Below are positions 49,516 to 61,952 of a DNA stretch of 64,000 nt, in pieces. This DNA is from Laetmonice hystrix (lineage: Eukaryota), in the NCBI GenBank assembly GCA_965235115.1, contig OZ249436.1, forward strand, positions 29,328,001-29,392,000, read 5' to 3'. Under the pieces are notes generated by a model, which had not been told where the DNA came from, ran no database searches, and worked only from the letters and a program-made list of their open reading frames with translations. Position 1 is the first letter of the stretch. Every line of letters begins with the position of its first letter. The translations under genes and the position numbers were made by a program.

Positions 49516-51983
49516 CTGGAAGATGGAGAAAAACAAAACATGTTTAAAATGATGTCCACGAAGTCTCAGATAATCCAATCTCATTTTTGTTCAGGATAAG
49601 AATTTACTTTAAAGGGCTTTTCACACCAGTTGCGTGCGGTGCGACAGTTTTGAAATAAATACAGCAAAATCTACGGGAACTTACAGACGGCGCGCGCGTC
49701 AGCTGCGATAATTTTCAGGAATTGAACTTGGCATTAAAAGTCGCGAGTTATGCGCGACATTCAGAAGAAACAATCAATAAAAGGGACAGATTCAGCATGG
49801 AATGGATATGTCAAATTGAAGTGTAATTTAAAGCAAGAACACTTTTTTCACTAAACAAATGAACCACCCTGATAATATTTCAAACTATATCACCCAAGCC
49901 CTCAAATTCCCGATATAGAGTAAGCACACACATACAGCTATAGGAGATATTGCCTTCCGGTAGTTGGTGGACTCCTTGACCAGATAGGGTTCAACGACAC
50001 TCATTACATGGTCAGACTGTTCTCAGTGATATTACAAAAAAGAGATCTCCTTCGCCCTCCGAGAAAAGTTAGGTATAATAAGGAGTGCGTGCTTTGAGAC
50101 GGCTCTCCTCATGCATTCGAGGGCCTGTTCAGGTTAGGAAGGGCTTTGTCGCTTTTGAAGCGTTCTTTGACATTCAAGTTATCAAGAAAAATAGACTTCA
50201 ATGCAACCCGACCTTGCCCAAATTACTACAGAATAAAGGAGAAAAATCCGCCTACAGCTTGACATGGAGAGCAGAGGTGACTTCTTGTAAAACGTATGGT
50301 AGTTACGAATAAATACGCGAGTAAACAATTACCATGGTATGGGCAAGGAGGTAGAGTCATTTCAGTGAACAGCTTGCCATTTTCATAAACAGAAAATCAA
50401 ATAACTTATGAGTTATAAGTTTAGCGTTATGGTTTCCATGGCAATGTAACTTCCGTTTTTAATTACATGAAACTGTACAGTGACATCAGCTGGCATAAAG
50501 AACTGCATGTTAGACTTTACTTATTTTTACTTTTTTTTTAATTGGAACTGGAAGTTCGCCATTCCCTGGTATCTTTGTCTAGACTATAGGCATAGGCCAG
50601 GGATCGAGCGTCTAGGCCTAAGCCCTAGCCAGTAATCAATATGCCCCCAGGAGCCCTATGGAGGGGGGTGGGGTAAGTATATTTTCTAGTTTAGGTGTGC
50701 AGATTTTCCCCTCCGACGTGTTAATGTAACTATCATAAAAGTTGGGGAAAAAGTAAAGCGGGGTGAAGCTTTTATTTTTATTTTGTCCTCCGTACTTAGG
50801 GTAACTTTGTAGGGTGCCCGTAAACCAAACAATAAAAAAAGTGCGGCCTAAGAAGGTAGCAGAAAGGCGGGGGTGGCAGACCATCGGGGGGGGGGGGGGG
50901 TGGTAGTGGTATGAAAGGAGAAAAATCAAACAAAACCTTTCAACGTTGATCTTTTTATTCTTGAAACACGCACATTATTATACTCGATACTCGAGCATCA
51001 ACGTAATTTCCCTGACACATTTCTTTGACTGGGCCTACAGCATCGCATGCCTGCATTAAATAACATGACCTCTGAACAAAAGGTGCCAACTTGTGCCAAC
51101 TTAGGTTAGTACGTAATACCCAAGGGCTACTAATCGTTCTCAGTATAACCAGACTTTTGAGATAATCTAACGCCTTCTTGGTTATATCTCAGAAGCTGTG
51201 ATGCATGTTATGGCGTAGCACATTATCGACACTGGTTTCATAATGATGAGGTTGCGACAAACGAACACCGACCCAGGGTCCGGTAGTAAATTAAGCCACT
51301 ACGCGGGAGTATACTACGACCGACGTAAGCCTAATTTTAACTCGACGTGCATCACCTTTTTTCCATGACGCGTAGCTACGTCTTAATTACGACAAACTGA
51401 CAAAACGACTGCCAGGGTGAGTTGGAGCAGGAAGTGAGTAATAATCTCTTATGACTCTTTCGCTTCTCATTGCACGACCGTATTGTAGATCACCCAATGT
51501 AACATACCTGCCATACTGTTCATTTAAAGATAAATAGAAAGATTCCATGTGTAGTATACTCACTTGCGTTCACTCGTTTTTATGAGGCGCGGAGGGGGAC
51601 TCGGTGACTGGAGCCACAGTTCAAAATGTACAAATACTTACAAAGCACTGCTTATTCGAGTCGTAGTGACGGTTACCGCTGGACGCGTGTTTACTGGTCA
51701 CATTTTTCTGTTCTCACGTGTAAATAAAAACTTACTGAGGAAATATAGGGCCCGAACTTTGGCCTCCTGGCGTTTGGGAAAATGTTGCAACTGGAATATT
51801 AGATGTCTCCCTGTTCGGTTGCAATGCCACTAACCGGCCTCACATGTGCAGACTGCTTCTGCGACCCAGTTACGACCAACTTTGCGCCCAACAATTGATT
51901 TGGTGCACAGGGAGTAATTCTTTGCCCATAACTTTACTCAGGTGTAAGGCATATTATACACCGGTGCACTCGGGCCCTGACCC

Positions 51984-52319
51984 TTACTTTTCTTCATTGT
52001 GATCTCTGTCATCAGGCAAATCAACCTGACGAATTAAAACCGAATGTTTTTTCATGTGGCAGGTTTTAGCGCTCTTTTGGTTAAACGACGCGTGACAGAT
52101 GGGGCACTGGTAGGGGCGCTCTCCCGTGTGTATACGTAGGTGGCGAACTAACTCGGCAGGCACCCTGAACGTCCGCGCACAAATATGACAGCAATGTCTC
52201 TTCTTCGACGCCAGGTGTCGCTCATAAACACCGTACTGTGGTCCCTCCGTGTCGCTCTTCGGAACGGTTCTTTGTTGAAATGAATTTCCTTCATATGAGC
52301 CGTATTTCCAAGACTTTAT
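51984..52319 (-). CDS. Antisense-strand terminal exon, two C2H2 fingers (recent duplicate of 49192-49515)
   Basis: Acceptor tttttccccatcttccag|ATA, phase 0; protein nearly identical to the 49 kb copy. Confidence 0.85.
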   Translation of the reverse strand: MKSWKYGSYEGNSFQQRTVPKSDTEGPQYGVYERHLASKKRHCCHICARTFRVPAELVRHLRIHTGERPYQCPICHASFNQKSAKTCHMKKHSVLIRQVDLPDDRDHNEEK

Positions 52320-52597
52320 CTGGAAGATGGGGAAAAACAAAACATGTTTAAAATGATGTGCATGGTGTCTCTAATGATCCCCACCTCATTATTTTCCATG
52401 GTCAGAATTTGCTGTTTAGAAAGTGGCTGGGCGTTTTCGGGGGAAAAATCAAATAACGTATGAAACACACTCCCGCTCAACCAGCAGTCTGCATCAGAGT
52501 TAAACCTGGCGATACACAAATCAACATCAAAACCAACATATTTGAAGGAAGTTTGTGTTCGTTTGTCCGGAGCTTCGGACGGAACTGTGAACGGGTT

Positions 52598-52750
52598 GGG
52601 TGTCGATGACGGTGGCCGCTTGGTGGGGGCCCGGGCGGTGGGCGTCGGCAGCCGCAGCGCCACCTGGAAGATCGGCACGGTTCGTCGTCCAGCCAGCTTT
52701 GGGAACAAGGACGCAGCTCGCCCACCTGGCACCGCTCTGTATATGTGACA
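52598..52750 (-). pseudogene. Truncated, frameshifted paralog of the 57577-57948 exon and its acceptor region
   Basis: atcttccag|GTGGCGCTGCGGCTGCCGACGCCC matches atcttccag|ATGGCGCTCCGGTTGCCGACGCCC; the similarity shifts frame and ends before the zinc fingers. Confidence 0.65.
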
Positions 52751-53850
52751 GATAGTCAATGTCACCGGTCCGCATAGGTCTGGAACCAGACCATTTATGA
52801 AGGGGTGGGGGGTCGGGTATGTTATCTTGCTGGCCGATAAAAAAAACCCAGGAACTGCCTGAAATACCCCTGCCGAGAAAACCAACCCCCTGGCTTTAAA
52901 CTCCAAAGTACCATTTTTCCGAAACTTGGTAACCAAACGCATAGGTTGAGTATACCGTATTGATAGATAACAAGAAATCCTATTTGTAAGGTTTGTCACG
53001 CGGCAGTATGTGGACGTGTATAAATGCCATTTGTTTTTAACTAATGGGTAAAACTCTTTTATACTTCGTGCTGACATTGTTTGTAAATCTGTTGTAAGCC
53101 TAAATATATGGAAAAGTGCTTCTGTGATGCGGAGGTGTGCCTAGCCAACGATGTCGTAGTGTAAGTAGTACTACAAAATGGGAGTTCTGCGCCGGGAGCC
53201 AAAGTAAGAGCCATATGGCTCCTTCTATGGCAACTACCATGTCCCTGCTGACTCCTGGCTTCTTTAAAAAAATACCAGCCAGTCATGGCATCGCACGCCG
53301 CTATCCTCATATTTCGTGTAGACTTATAAAAGCTTCACAACTCGAGTTTTGTGCTATTGTTATTTATTGGCCTTAAACAATTCACCTTTGAGGTGCTCCT
53401 ACCCGTATCAAAACTAAACCATATTTACAGATAGATGCACTGTTCTACCCTCGCGGCGAATCGAGAAAATGTGCTTGGTGTGACAGGGTAAACATAGGCC
53501 TACTTTGCTCTATCAAACTGATACAAATCATTTGGACATCCTGTTGGTAACTTAGAAAGTATATTTGGTCTCCAATGTCGCTTGTAAAATATTCTGTAGT
53601 CCTATATATCCTTCAAGTTTGTTGTAGCTTAATGTGGGCATCATTGTCTCTCTGACCAAAACCTTCCCAGGTGCTATGGTTATGATCTGCTGAGGATAGT
53701 CGGTATTTGGGCCGGAGAAACAAAATAATCAGCAATCAGTGTGCACTCCATTATCCATCAAATTTGGAAGTGGTATTGCAAAGGCTTGTTTAAAAGAACC
53801 TTGGTACCTTCTATAGCGGTCTGACTCGAATGAATATTAAACGCCTTGCC

Positions 53851-54725
53851 TCACTCGTTGTGTACTCATTGGTTGCGATGAGTATTGTTCTCGTGTACTC
53901 ATTGGTTGCGATGAGTATTGTTCTCGTTGTGTACTCATTGGTTGCGATGAGTATTGTTCTCGCTGTGTACTCATTGGCTGCGATGAGTATTGTTCTCGTT
54001 GTGTACTCATTGGTTGCGATGAGTATTGTTCTCGTTGTGTACTCATTGGTTGCGATGAGTATTGTTCTCGTGTACTCATTGGTTGCGATGAGTATTGTTC
54101 TCGTTGTGTACTCATTGGTTGCGATGAGTATTGTTCTCGTGTACTCATTGGTTGCGATGAGTATTGTTCTCGTTGTGTACTCATTGGTTGCGATGAGTAT
54201 TGTTCTCGTTGTGTACTCATTGGCTGCGATGAGTATTGTTCTCGTTGTGTACTCATTGGCTGCGATGAGTATTGTTCTCGTTGTGTATACTCATTGGCTG
54301 CGATGAGTATTGTTCTCGTTGTGTATACTCATTGGTTGCGATGAGTATTGTTCTCGTTGTGTACTCATTGGCTGCGATGAGTATTGTTCTCGTTGTGTAC
54401 TCATTGGCTGCGATGAGTATTGTTCTCGTTGTGTATACTCATTGGCTGCGATGAGTATTGTTCTCGTTGTGTATACTCATTGGCTGCGATGAGTATTGTT
54501 CTCGTTGTGTATACTCATTGGCTGCGATGAGTATTGTTCTCGTTGTGTATACTCATTGGTTGCGATGAGTATTGTTCTCGTTGTGTACTCATTGGCTGCG
54601 ATGAGTATTGTTCTCGTTGTGTACTCATTGGCTGCGATGAGTATTGTTCTCGTTGTGTATACTCATTGGCTGCGATGAGTATTGTTCTCGTTGTGTATAC
54701 TCATTGGCTGCGATGAGTATTGTTC
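53851..54725. repeat. Minisatellite, 36-bp unit (33/38-bp variants), ~24 copies
   Basis: Unit ctcgttgtgtactcattgg(t/c)tgcgatgagtattgtt with internal inverted TACTCAT/ATGAGTA. Confidence 0.95.
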
Positions 54726-55003
54726 ATGTGCCTCTTTAGGTTGTTAGACTGCGAGAATGCCGCTCCACAAACCGTACACTTGAATGGTTTTTCTCCTGTG
54801 TGGGTTCGCATGTGAACGGTGAGATGTGCTTGCTGGTTAAATGTCTGACAGCACACCTGACAGAGGTAGGGGCGGCCAAGCAGGCTTGCCGGACTCAACG
54901 CCGGATTCCCCCGGCCGCCTGCCAGTACTCGGTCGGTGTGGAAACTGACGTATGCGCTCGAGGTTCCTCCGCGGCCTGTCAACTGCCCTCCCAGCGGGCC
55001 TCT
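54701..55003 (-). CDS. Antisense-strand terminal exon, two C2H2 fingers
   Basis: Acceptor tttaccttcttccag|AGA, phase 0; [52 protein letters not shown]. Confidence 0.85.
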   Translation of the reverse strand, partial: RGPLGGQLTGRGGTSSAYVSFHTDRVLAGGRGNPALSPASLLGRPYLCQVCCQTFNQQAHLTVHMRTHTGEKPFKCTVCGAAFSQSNNLKRHMNNTHRSQ

Positions 55004-55809
55004 CTGGAAGAAGGTAAATGTAACTTATATAGCCAGTGTTAAAACTCAGCATACAGTAAAAACACGTCCGTGTGAAAGCGACTCCCTCAGTGTCCAGAGG
55101 CGGGTCTGGGTTCAGCCTACATGCTTCCAGAGTTCCTGGGTTCGAAACGCATACAGAAGTCTGCATAGACAGAGTGGAAGGGCGTCTTTGCCCTTAGGGA
55201 CTGCTCGTACTACAGAATAAGCACCGGAAAAGATTGTCCTCTAAGATTGCTGTCCCCAAAAAGTGGTTTGAGAAAAAATAACTAAAGTGAAACCGAAGCA
55301 ATTTGGCGATACTGACTGTTTTGAAATGAGCAGCATATGCTTAATGAAATGAAGATGCGGTCTACTCATTAGTTCTGACCTTACATGACTTTCTCTTTAT
55401 TAAAGTAAACAATCTTGCACATTTGTTTTGGGCCAAAACGCCTTGCGGAATTTATGAAATATCTGGCCTTTCTTGTGGCCTTGCTGTGTGCGTGTGTAGG
55501 GGGGGCGGGGCGGGGAGGGTCCAACCAATAACCAATAAAAGCTGGAAACTAGAGTTCTATATCATAGCTTTATCTCAAGGATACCATACACTATGAGATA
55601 CACAAGACAGAAAAGACAACAGGGTTGCACGCGATCATAGAGGCCTACATTCGTATTTCCAGAAGACCGCGGAAGTGATCGTGTTGTTGGGGTCAGCCAG
55701 TACCAAAATGATTAGGCCTGACCATATAGCTTAATCAACGTCCCAAAACGTGTTGGGGATACAGGCTGTTGGGGCCTTGAGGAGTCCTTACTGGAACTTG
55801 TGAGTCGGC

Positions 55810-56172
55810 CTAGTTTTCAAGAGGCTGCATGTCATGCTTAGCGACAGCTCTGTGTCGACGTAATAACTGCATTTCTTCGAAACTTTCATCGCACATAGCG
55901 CACTGATAGGGCGGCTTTTTGTGCACTTTCTTACGGTGCTGATACAAGTGAAACTGATGTGAAAATGCCCGTCCGCAGACTCTGCAAGCATAGGGTCTCT
56001 CGTTCGTGTGAATACGCATATGCCTCCTCAGATGAGCTCCACTGGGGCACTTGCGCCCACAAACGTCACACTTGCACGCGTAACCGCCGTTAGGGTCCTC
56101 ATGATGCTGGCCACCACCGCTAGGGGCCATGAATGCAGGGATGACCATGGTCATGCCAAAGCCACCTCTGAT
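55810..56172 (-). CDS. Antisense-strand terminal exon, three C2H2 fingers
   Basis: Acceptor tgtttcgcaatcttccag|ATC, phase 0; CDVC..HMRIHTNERPYACRVC..HRKKVH..YQCAMC..HRAVAKH. Confidence 0.85.
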   Translation of the reverse strand: MRGGFGMTMVIPAFMAPSGGGQHHEDPNGGYACKCDVCGRKCPSGAHLRRHMRIHTNERPYACRVCGRAFSHQFHLYQHRKKVHKKPPYQCAMCDESFEEMQLLRRHRAVAKHDMQPLEN

Positions 56173-56872
56173 CTGGAAGATTGCGAAACAGTGATATTAT
56201 TAAAAGGAATGCGGTAGTTCCTAGAACACGAATCGATATATTGCCATTTCTTGATAACAAAAGCCATTTTTACGGCCTGCTTCCTCGCAATACATTGCCC
56301 GGCCACCAACGCGAGTTGAATCTTTAGTTTGCAAAATTTTTCTCAAGATGGGGGGGGGGGGGGGGGGGGTAGGAAATAGGAAATGGCCTACATATCACTT
56401 CGAGAATTGTATTTATTGAAAACTTTATTCAATCTTTTCCAATTTCTTCAACAATGTAATCCTCATTGTACAGCTTCACTACATTAAATATGGGTGCACG
56501 TTTTCATCATATAAACCGGTATTTGGTACAAATGTATGCGGAGGTATGCCAGAAAATAAATTAGTAAAACGAGAAAAAAAAGAAGGTAGAAAGAAAGAAA
56601 GAATTAAGTACCAGTGGATAAAATTATTTAAGCCTCTGACGAAGGAGAGTTACACATGATTTAGCATTACCCACGTGTCGACTTCAAAGTAACCCGCCCG
56701 TCCTCGTATTTCGGTGGTAGGAACATTAATATTACACAGTTACATCACCAAAAGTACTCCCAGGAACCGGCGTAGATGTTCTTTTCATCCGTTTATATCC
56801 ATGGAAATATGACGCGAAACGGCAGCGGTTCTGTGACCTACAAATGGCAGCAACGCGCGGGCTGGCACCTTC

Positions 56873-57253
56873 TTACACACTGAATTGCGCAGATGTAGCC
56901 TGACTGCTGGGACAGTCTTTCATGTGAACTTTTAGGGAAAACATAACTGGGAAGGCTACACCACAGACACACTGGTAGGGATCAGCCTTAGGATGGCTCC
57001 GTCTGTGCAGGTACAAGTTATCGGAACGGGAGGCAGTCGCACCGCAGATCGTACAAATGTACGGTTTCTCTCCAGTGTGTGACCGCACATGACGTTTCAA
57101 CTTGGACCGATGCACGAACGTCTTGAGACAGACGTTACAAGTGTGGACTGGTACACCTTCCCGCTGCTTCCGTTGTGGGCCAAGCACTGCCCCGTCACCG
57201 TGCGGCAGGTACTCGTAATACAGGCCTTCGCCGGCGGGGGCACTACTCGTACT
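56873..57253 (-). CDS. Antisense-strand terminal exon, three fingers (third is atypical CxC..H..C)
   Basis: Acceptor tttggtactgtttcag|AGT, phase 0; CNVC..HVRSHTGEKPYICTIC..HRRSH..YQCVC..HMKDC. Confidence 0.85.
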   Translation of the reverse strand, partial: STSSAPAGEGLYYEYLPHGDGAVLGPQRKQREGVPVHTCNVCLKTFVHRSKLKRHVRSHTGEKPYICTICGATASRSDNLYLHRRSHPKADPYQCVCGVAFPVMFSLKVHMKDCPSSQATSAQFSV

Positions 57254-57576
57254 CTGAAACAGTACCAAACATACAGTTTAGGCCTATTCTACACCATCAG
57301 CCAAAGTCGGGTTGGGTATTAACCCAAGTAGTCCTGGCCGGAGCCAATCACATGTAATTTGAAGAAGTAACGTTGAGTGATAGCGTGCCATCCTGTTTTT
57401 GTCTGTCGCTTTCCTGCCCTGTCACAGAAAACACTCTTCACCAGAGGGCTCTTTATACTGGTTTTAATCGTCTAAAACTATATCCTCTATCATCTATGGC
57501 CTAGATGTGATAGTGTAACGTTTATTCAAACTTGAAATACACAGACTTGACTGACGTAGACATCCATGTTTCCTTG

Positions 57577-57948
57577 TCAAGGATTTGCAAAGCTTTCTGG
57601 CCATTTAACAGCTTTTGGTTCATGATGCAGCCTCGTATGGTCCTTGAGAGCTATAAGCTGTGAGAACTCTTCACCACATTTGCACTGGTAAGGCTGTGCT
57701 CCCGGGTGCCCCCGCCTGTGTAAGTACAGGTTATCAATGCGCGAGTAGGCCGACCCACAGATCGTGCACTTATACTTTGCTCCTGAATCGTGAGTCTTCA
57801 AATGACGCCCAAGGGACGAGGAACTTGCGAATGCTTTGCCGCAGATTGTGCAGCAGTTCCTTGGCCTGTGTGTTAAGGGATGGATGTCGATGACGGTGGC
57901 CGCTTGGTGGGGGCCCCGGGTGGAGGGCGTCGGCAACCGGAGCGCCAT
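57577..57948 (-). CDS. Antisense-strand terminal exon, three fingers
   Basis: Acceptor gtgctgatcttccag|ATG, phase 0; CTIC..HLKTH..YKCTIC..HRRGH..YQCKC..HTRLH. Confidence 0.85.
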   Translation of the reverse strand: MALRLPTPSTRGPHQAATVIDIHPLTHRPRNCCTICGKAFASSSSLGRHLKTHDSGAKYKCTICGSAYSRIDNLYLHRRGHPGAQPYQCKCGEEFSQLIALKDHTRLHHEPKAVKWPESFANP

Positions 57949-57978
57949 CTGGAAGATCAGCACGGATACAGCAGGTTA

Positions 57979-58417
57979 TGGCCCTGATCCACCGGTGGCG
58001 ACACGTTCGCAACAGCTTCGCGATGGAGATGCTCGATCGCGAAGCCGTAGTTGTCATTTTGTTGAGACAGCTTGGCGACATGATTCAGTAAGTCGCCAAG
58101 CTGTCTCGAAGCACGCGCCAAGGTGTCACGAAAATCACATACCTGATCCACCGGTTGCGACAACAACACCCTCGCGAACTGCGTCCGTTGCCAGTCGCAA
58201 ATATCAAACTTGTTTGATATTGGCGACACCTGTCGCGAAGCTGTCACAAAGCCAGGTGTGTCGCGAAGCTGTCACCAATCCGTCTCCAAAGCTGATCCAC
58301 CGAAATTGTGTTTCGCGATTGCCGAGCAATTTTTAGATGCTCGGGCTGTCGCGAAGATGTCACGAACATGTCGCCAACCCATCACGAAGCCCAATCGCCA
58401 CCGGTGGATCAGGGGCA
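57979..58417. mobile_element. MITE (possibly PIF/Harbinger-type)
   Basis: TIR tggccctgatccaccggtggcga / tcgccaccggtggatcaggggca flanked by TTA/TAA; absent from the paralogous site at ~52680. Confidence 0.8.
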
Positions 58418-59169
58418 TAAGTCGTCCGGCCAGCTTCGGGAACCACTACAGCTCGCCCACCAAGCGTCGCTCTGTATGCGACAGGTCGCCATGGGCACTG
58501 CTCCAACCACCACGCAGTGTGTTGCCCAGAATGGCAGCTTCAGAGGAGAATTTAGTTCATGAACACCAATCGCTATAGACGCATTTTACACATAGCACTG
58601 GAAAATGACAGATTTAAACTCTCCCCATCCACGGCCGCGCGCAGGGGGGAGGAGCCCCGGGTCTATAACCCCCCTAACAAAATCACTTTTTTCTAGGTTA
58701 AACCTAACAAATCTTACCTAAAACTTATCATGGCACTGAATAAATTCAAATGAAAGATATAGCCAGCCCTGTACTCGAAGTACTACACAGCTATTCTGGC
58801 CACCCCTGGATTTGAATATTTTAGCCTATAAACGAGTTTAGAATTGACCTAAGCTTGAATTCGCAGATATGGGATGCCGGGCAATAAAAAGGTAACCTAC
58901 AGTGGCGGATCCAAGTAAGACACCTATATACCTTAGTAAGACACACGTATATATCTTCATCTCACCATACAGATTGCTATAGTAAGCTTGGACAGACTTT
59001 TATTTGTACAGGAGGTTCTTGCAGTCCTACCGGTACCCATCTTTGTAAACTGCGTGGTGAGAGGAACCACTATAAGATAACAGCTACATGCAAGACCACA
59101 ACTGAAGGTATACGTATGTTCAAGAGTATCCATGCGTTAGAAGTTCCTGCATTACCACAGTGTGTAAAA

Positions 59170-59517
59170 CTAGTGAGATGTCGCATGTTCTTTTAATTCG
59201 CCATACGTGGGGTAAGCGACGTCACACTGGGGACACTGGTAGGGATGGAAACCTGGATGTTTGGTCTTGCGATGTTTATACACAAGATCAGTCCTTGAGA
59301 AAGATCTCGGACAAACTGAGCAGGTGAACGGCCTTTCGCCCGTGTGTATCAACCTGTGCCGTACGCACTTATTTTTCCGGCTGAATATCTTCAGACACAC
59401 GTCACACCTATAGCCCATGGAGCCGTCGTCTGAGAAAACTGCGCGCAGACCCTTGGCGCACTGCACCCAGGAACTGTTCTCAACGCCTCCCCCGCCAGCC
59501 TCACCACTAACAGCTCT
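59170..59517 (-). CDS. Antisense-strand terminal exon, three C2H2 fingers
   Basis: Acceptor tgtgcgccattttccag|AGA, phase 0; YRCDVC..HRLIHTGERPFTCSVC..HRKTKH..YQCPQC..HATSH. Confidence 0.85.
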   Translation of the reverse strand, partial: RAVSGEAGGGGVENSSWVQCAKGLRAVFSDDGSMGYRCDVCLKIFSRKNKCVRHRLIHTGERPFTCSVCPRSFSRTDLVYKHRKTKHPGFHPYQCPQCDVAYPTYGELKEHATSH

Positions 59518-60936
59518 CTGGAAAATGGCGCACAAAATACGATATTAAAGGGGTTGTCTCACGAATTGCAATAATATGTGGCGTTTCAGCAAAAATATCT
59601 TTATAGTCTTTATTGCACTTCATCGATAGTCCCCTAGCTTTCATGACTATCATGTTAAAAAATGATAAAAGTTGCCATAATCGTAGTCACCATATTGGAG
59701 TTGCCAAATCGTAGTTGCGTCACCATCAAAATAAGGCTTTCTACTAAGAGTACGTGATAATAGAATCAATGATGACCTTTCAGTTCTCTCAAATACGTGA
59801 ATGGTGAGGAGGCGAGCATAAATCTCAAGATTTCGTTCCATTTGACATAAGAGACAGCCCCTTTAAATCCCAGTTTGTGAAGAGTCCTAATAGAATTACC
59901 ATATTGAAAATTTTTCTTTGTCCTGTTTATGGTCCGATCGTGAGCAATTTGGGCTATTCGGGTATTCATCATGGTGAAAACGAAATTATTCAATACTACA
60001 AACATGAATCATATTGACCTCTTAAATTGGTTTCCTGGGTCCCCTAAAGAAAATAACACATTTATTTTCAGTATGGGATCTATTGGCAGTGTGCGAAATA
60101 GGCCAAACAATTTTTTTTGAGGGGTTGTTCTCTGAAATATTTGTTTTGGGTGGGGGGGGGGGGGTGTCTAATTCCCGTCACTTTGAACACTGGTTCTCGG
60201 TTATACCTTTCACACGACAGGTTGACGATGACGGTAGGTGTCTGTTAAAATATAAGGTGCCTACATCTCTAGCGGCGCCATACCAATCAATAGCGTCTTC
60301 CTACGTCTCCCAAGAGGAGAAACTTACTGGGGACACACTATTATAGTTAATTAGGCGACAAAGGAAGTACATTTCTTTTGCACAAACAAGTGACAAAACT
60401 AGATTTACGGAATTCCTTTTATTGAATTGTTGAACATCAACTTATCGTGTGACCAAATACGCTGCAGTTATTCCTCACAATTTGACGCGACTTTAAGACA
60501 GGCCCTACAACCGGGATTATGACATCTTGAAAATAACAATTCGACGTAGGCCTACATCGCAAATAAGTTCTGGTATTGTAAACTGTTTTTGAATCCTCAC
60601 ACCGTCATTATCATGAATAAAATTATCTGTATGCACAAACTGAACAAGACATCACAATTTAAAGGTAGTCCAGTTTCTACTGATGAACGTGTAATTCAAC
60701 TGCTAGGTATGCCCGTCACATCTTTATATATATATACATATGTAACCTCATAGTACAGAAAAATAACCAACGAACTCCCTTTTTTAAAATAAACCTTTGA
60801 AATGAACCATAAACACCATGCTGATGAAAAAGACGGATAAGACCGGTAATCGTCTCGGCACAGACGGTCATGTGAACACTTATTATTACCCTTGCTACAT
60901 GACTGCAAAGTAGTGAAAAGCTTTCTCACTCCTTCC

Positions 60937-61278
60937 TCACGCGTGGTGTTGTCTTTTATGTCTCATCATGCTGTCTTTCCTTGAGAAAACTGCCAAACAA
61001 ATGTCGCAGCTATAAGCCTTTTCTCCAGTATGACTTTTGTTATGCCGATTTAACATGGATAGTTTTAGGAACGATTTACCACACCAACATAGATGAGGGG
61101 TCTTTCTGCCAGACCTCGACCGACTGGACTGACATTTTCTGCCGGGAGAGTATGCGTGACCATGTGGCCTCCCTCTCCAAATGTCTTCAGCCGAGATTCT
61201 ACTTAAAGAGCTGTTTGCATCGCTCTCATGGGGCTTCAAATCTTGGATACGAGCCTGCTGGCTTGTCTGATAGATCGT
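60937..61278 (-). CDS. Antisense-strand terminal exon, two fingers (first is CWC)
   Basis: Acceptor ttttcactcatttcag|ACG, phase 0; HLCWCGKSF..HNKSHTGEKAYSCDICLAVFSRKDSMMRHKRQH. Confidence 0.8.
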   Translation of the reverse strand, partial: TIYQTSQQARIQDLKPHESDANSSLSRISAEDIWRGRPHGHAYSPGRKCQSSRSRSGRKTPHLCWCGKSFLKLSMLNRHNKSHTGEKAYSCDICLAVFSRKDSMMRHKRQHHA

Positions 61279-61565
61279 CTGAAATGAGTGAAAATTTCGG
61301 AAGATGTTTACAAAAAAATCATGAATATACCACAAATGAACAGATATAGAAAATATTGGCGCGTGGGACTTTTTACCAGCACTACACGTGCAGGACTTTG
61401 CCCTGTTGCTGTCAGCAGAGAGAACTCCATGGCACAGACTGAAACATTTCCGAAATCCCATGCAACTGAAACTCCACATATAGGTAAATGTCACTAATCA
61501 CTGGACGCAGTGCAAACATGAACATTTGTTTTCTTGTCTGGTCGATAGTGGGGCTCCCAAGTTGT

Positions 61566-61952
61566 CTACGGGTTGTGCCTACAGCAATGTCGGCTCATGT
61601 GTCTCATCATGGTGTCTTTCCTGGAAAACACTGCAGAACAGCCGGCACACCTGAAGGCCTTCTCCCCAGTGTGAGACGTGTTATGCCTCACCAGCCAAGA
61701 GTACTGTTTGAAAGTTTTACCACACCAGCACCGATAGCCTTTTTCCAGGGGAGGTCCTACCTGTGCGATATCATCTGTCTTTCCGATATTTATCGGGGGC
61801 CTCTCAGGATTTTCGCTCCAACTGGAGGTGGTATGATAGCAGTCACTGTTTAGGCTATTTTCTTCACAAGCGCCCATTCCTTCAGTGAGGCTCATTTTAT
61901 CGGTCTGGTCACAACGTGAAGGGAGGGCCCCGTGACTTCCTGGATGTCCAGT
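61566..61952 (-). CDS. Antisense-strand terminal exon, two fingers (first is CWC); 5' boundary uncertain
   Basis: Acceptor cttgctccattgcag|ACT, phase 0 (alternative in-phase tttacattccag| at 62069); YRCWCGKTF..HNTSHTGEKAFRCAGCSAVFSRKDTMMRHMSRH. Confidence 0.75.
   Translation of the reverse strand, partial: TGHPGSHGALPSRCDQTDKMSLTEGMGACEENSLNSDCYHTTSSWSENPERPPINIGKTDDIAQVGPPLEKGYRCWCGKTFKQYSWLVRHNTSHTGEKAFRCAGCSAVFSRKDTMMRHMSRHCCRHNP

Noticed and set aside
52316..53077. 253-aa minus-strand ORF
   Set aside because: No recognisable domain; it runs through intron-like sequence, a frameshifted exon relic and into the next acceptor out of frame
53830..54716. Repetitive ORFs (VVYSLVAMSIVL)n / (MSTQREQYSSQP)n and a CRISPR-like look of 36-bp palindromic repeats
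   Set aside because: Units are head-to-tail with no unique spacers, there are no cas genes and the context is eukaryotic; the ORFs are by-products of a 36-bp minisatellite
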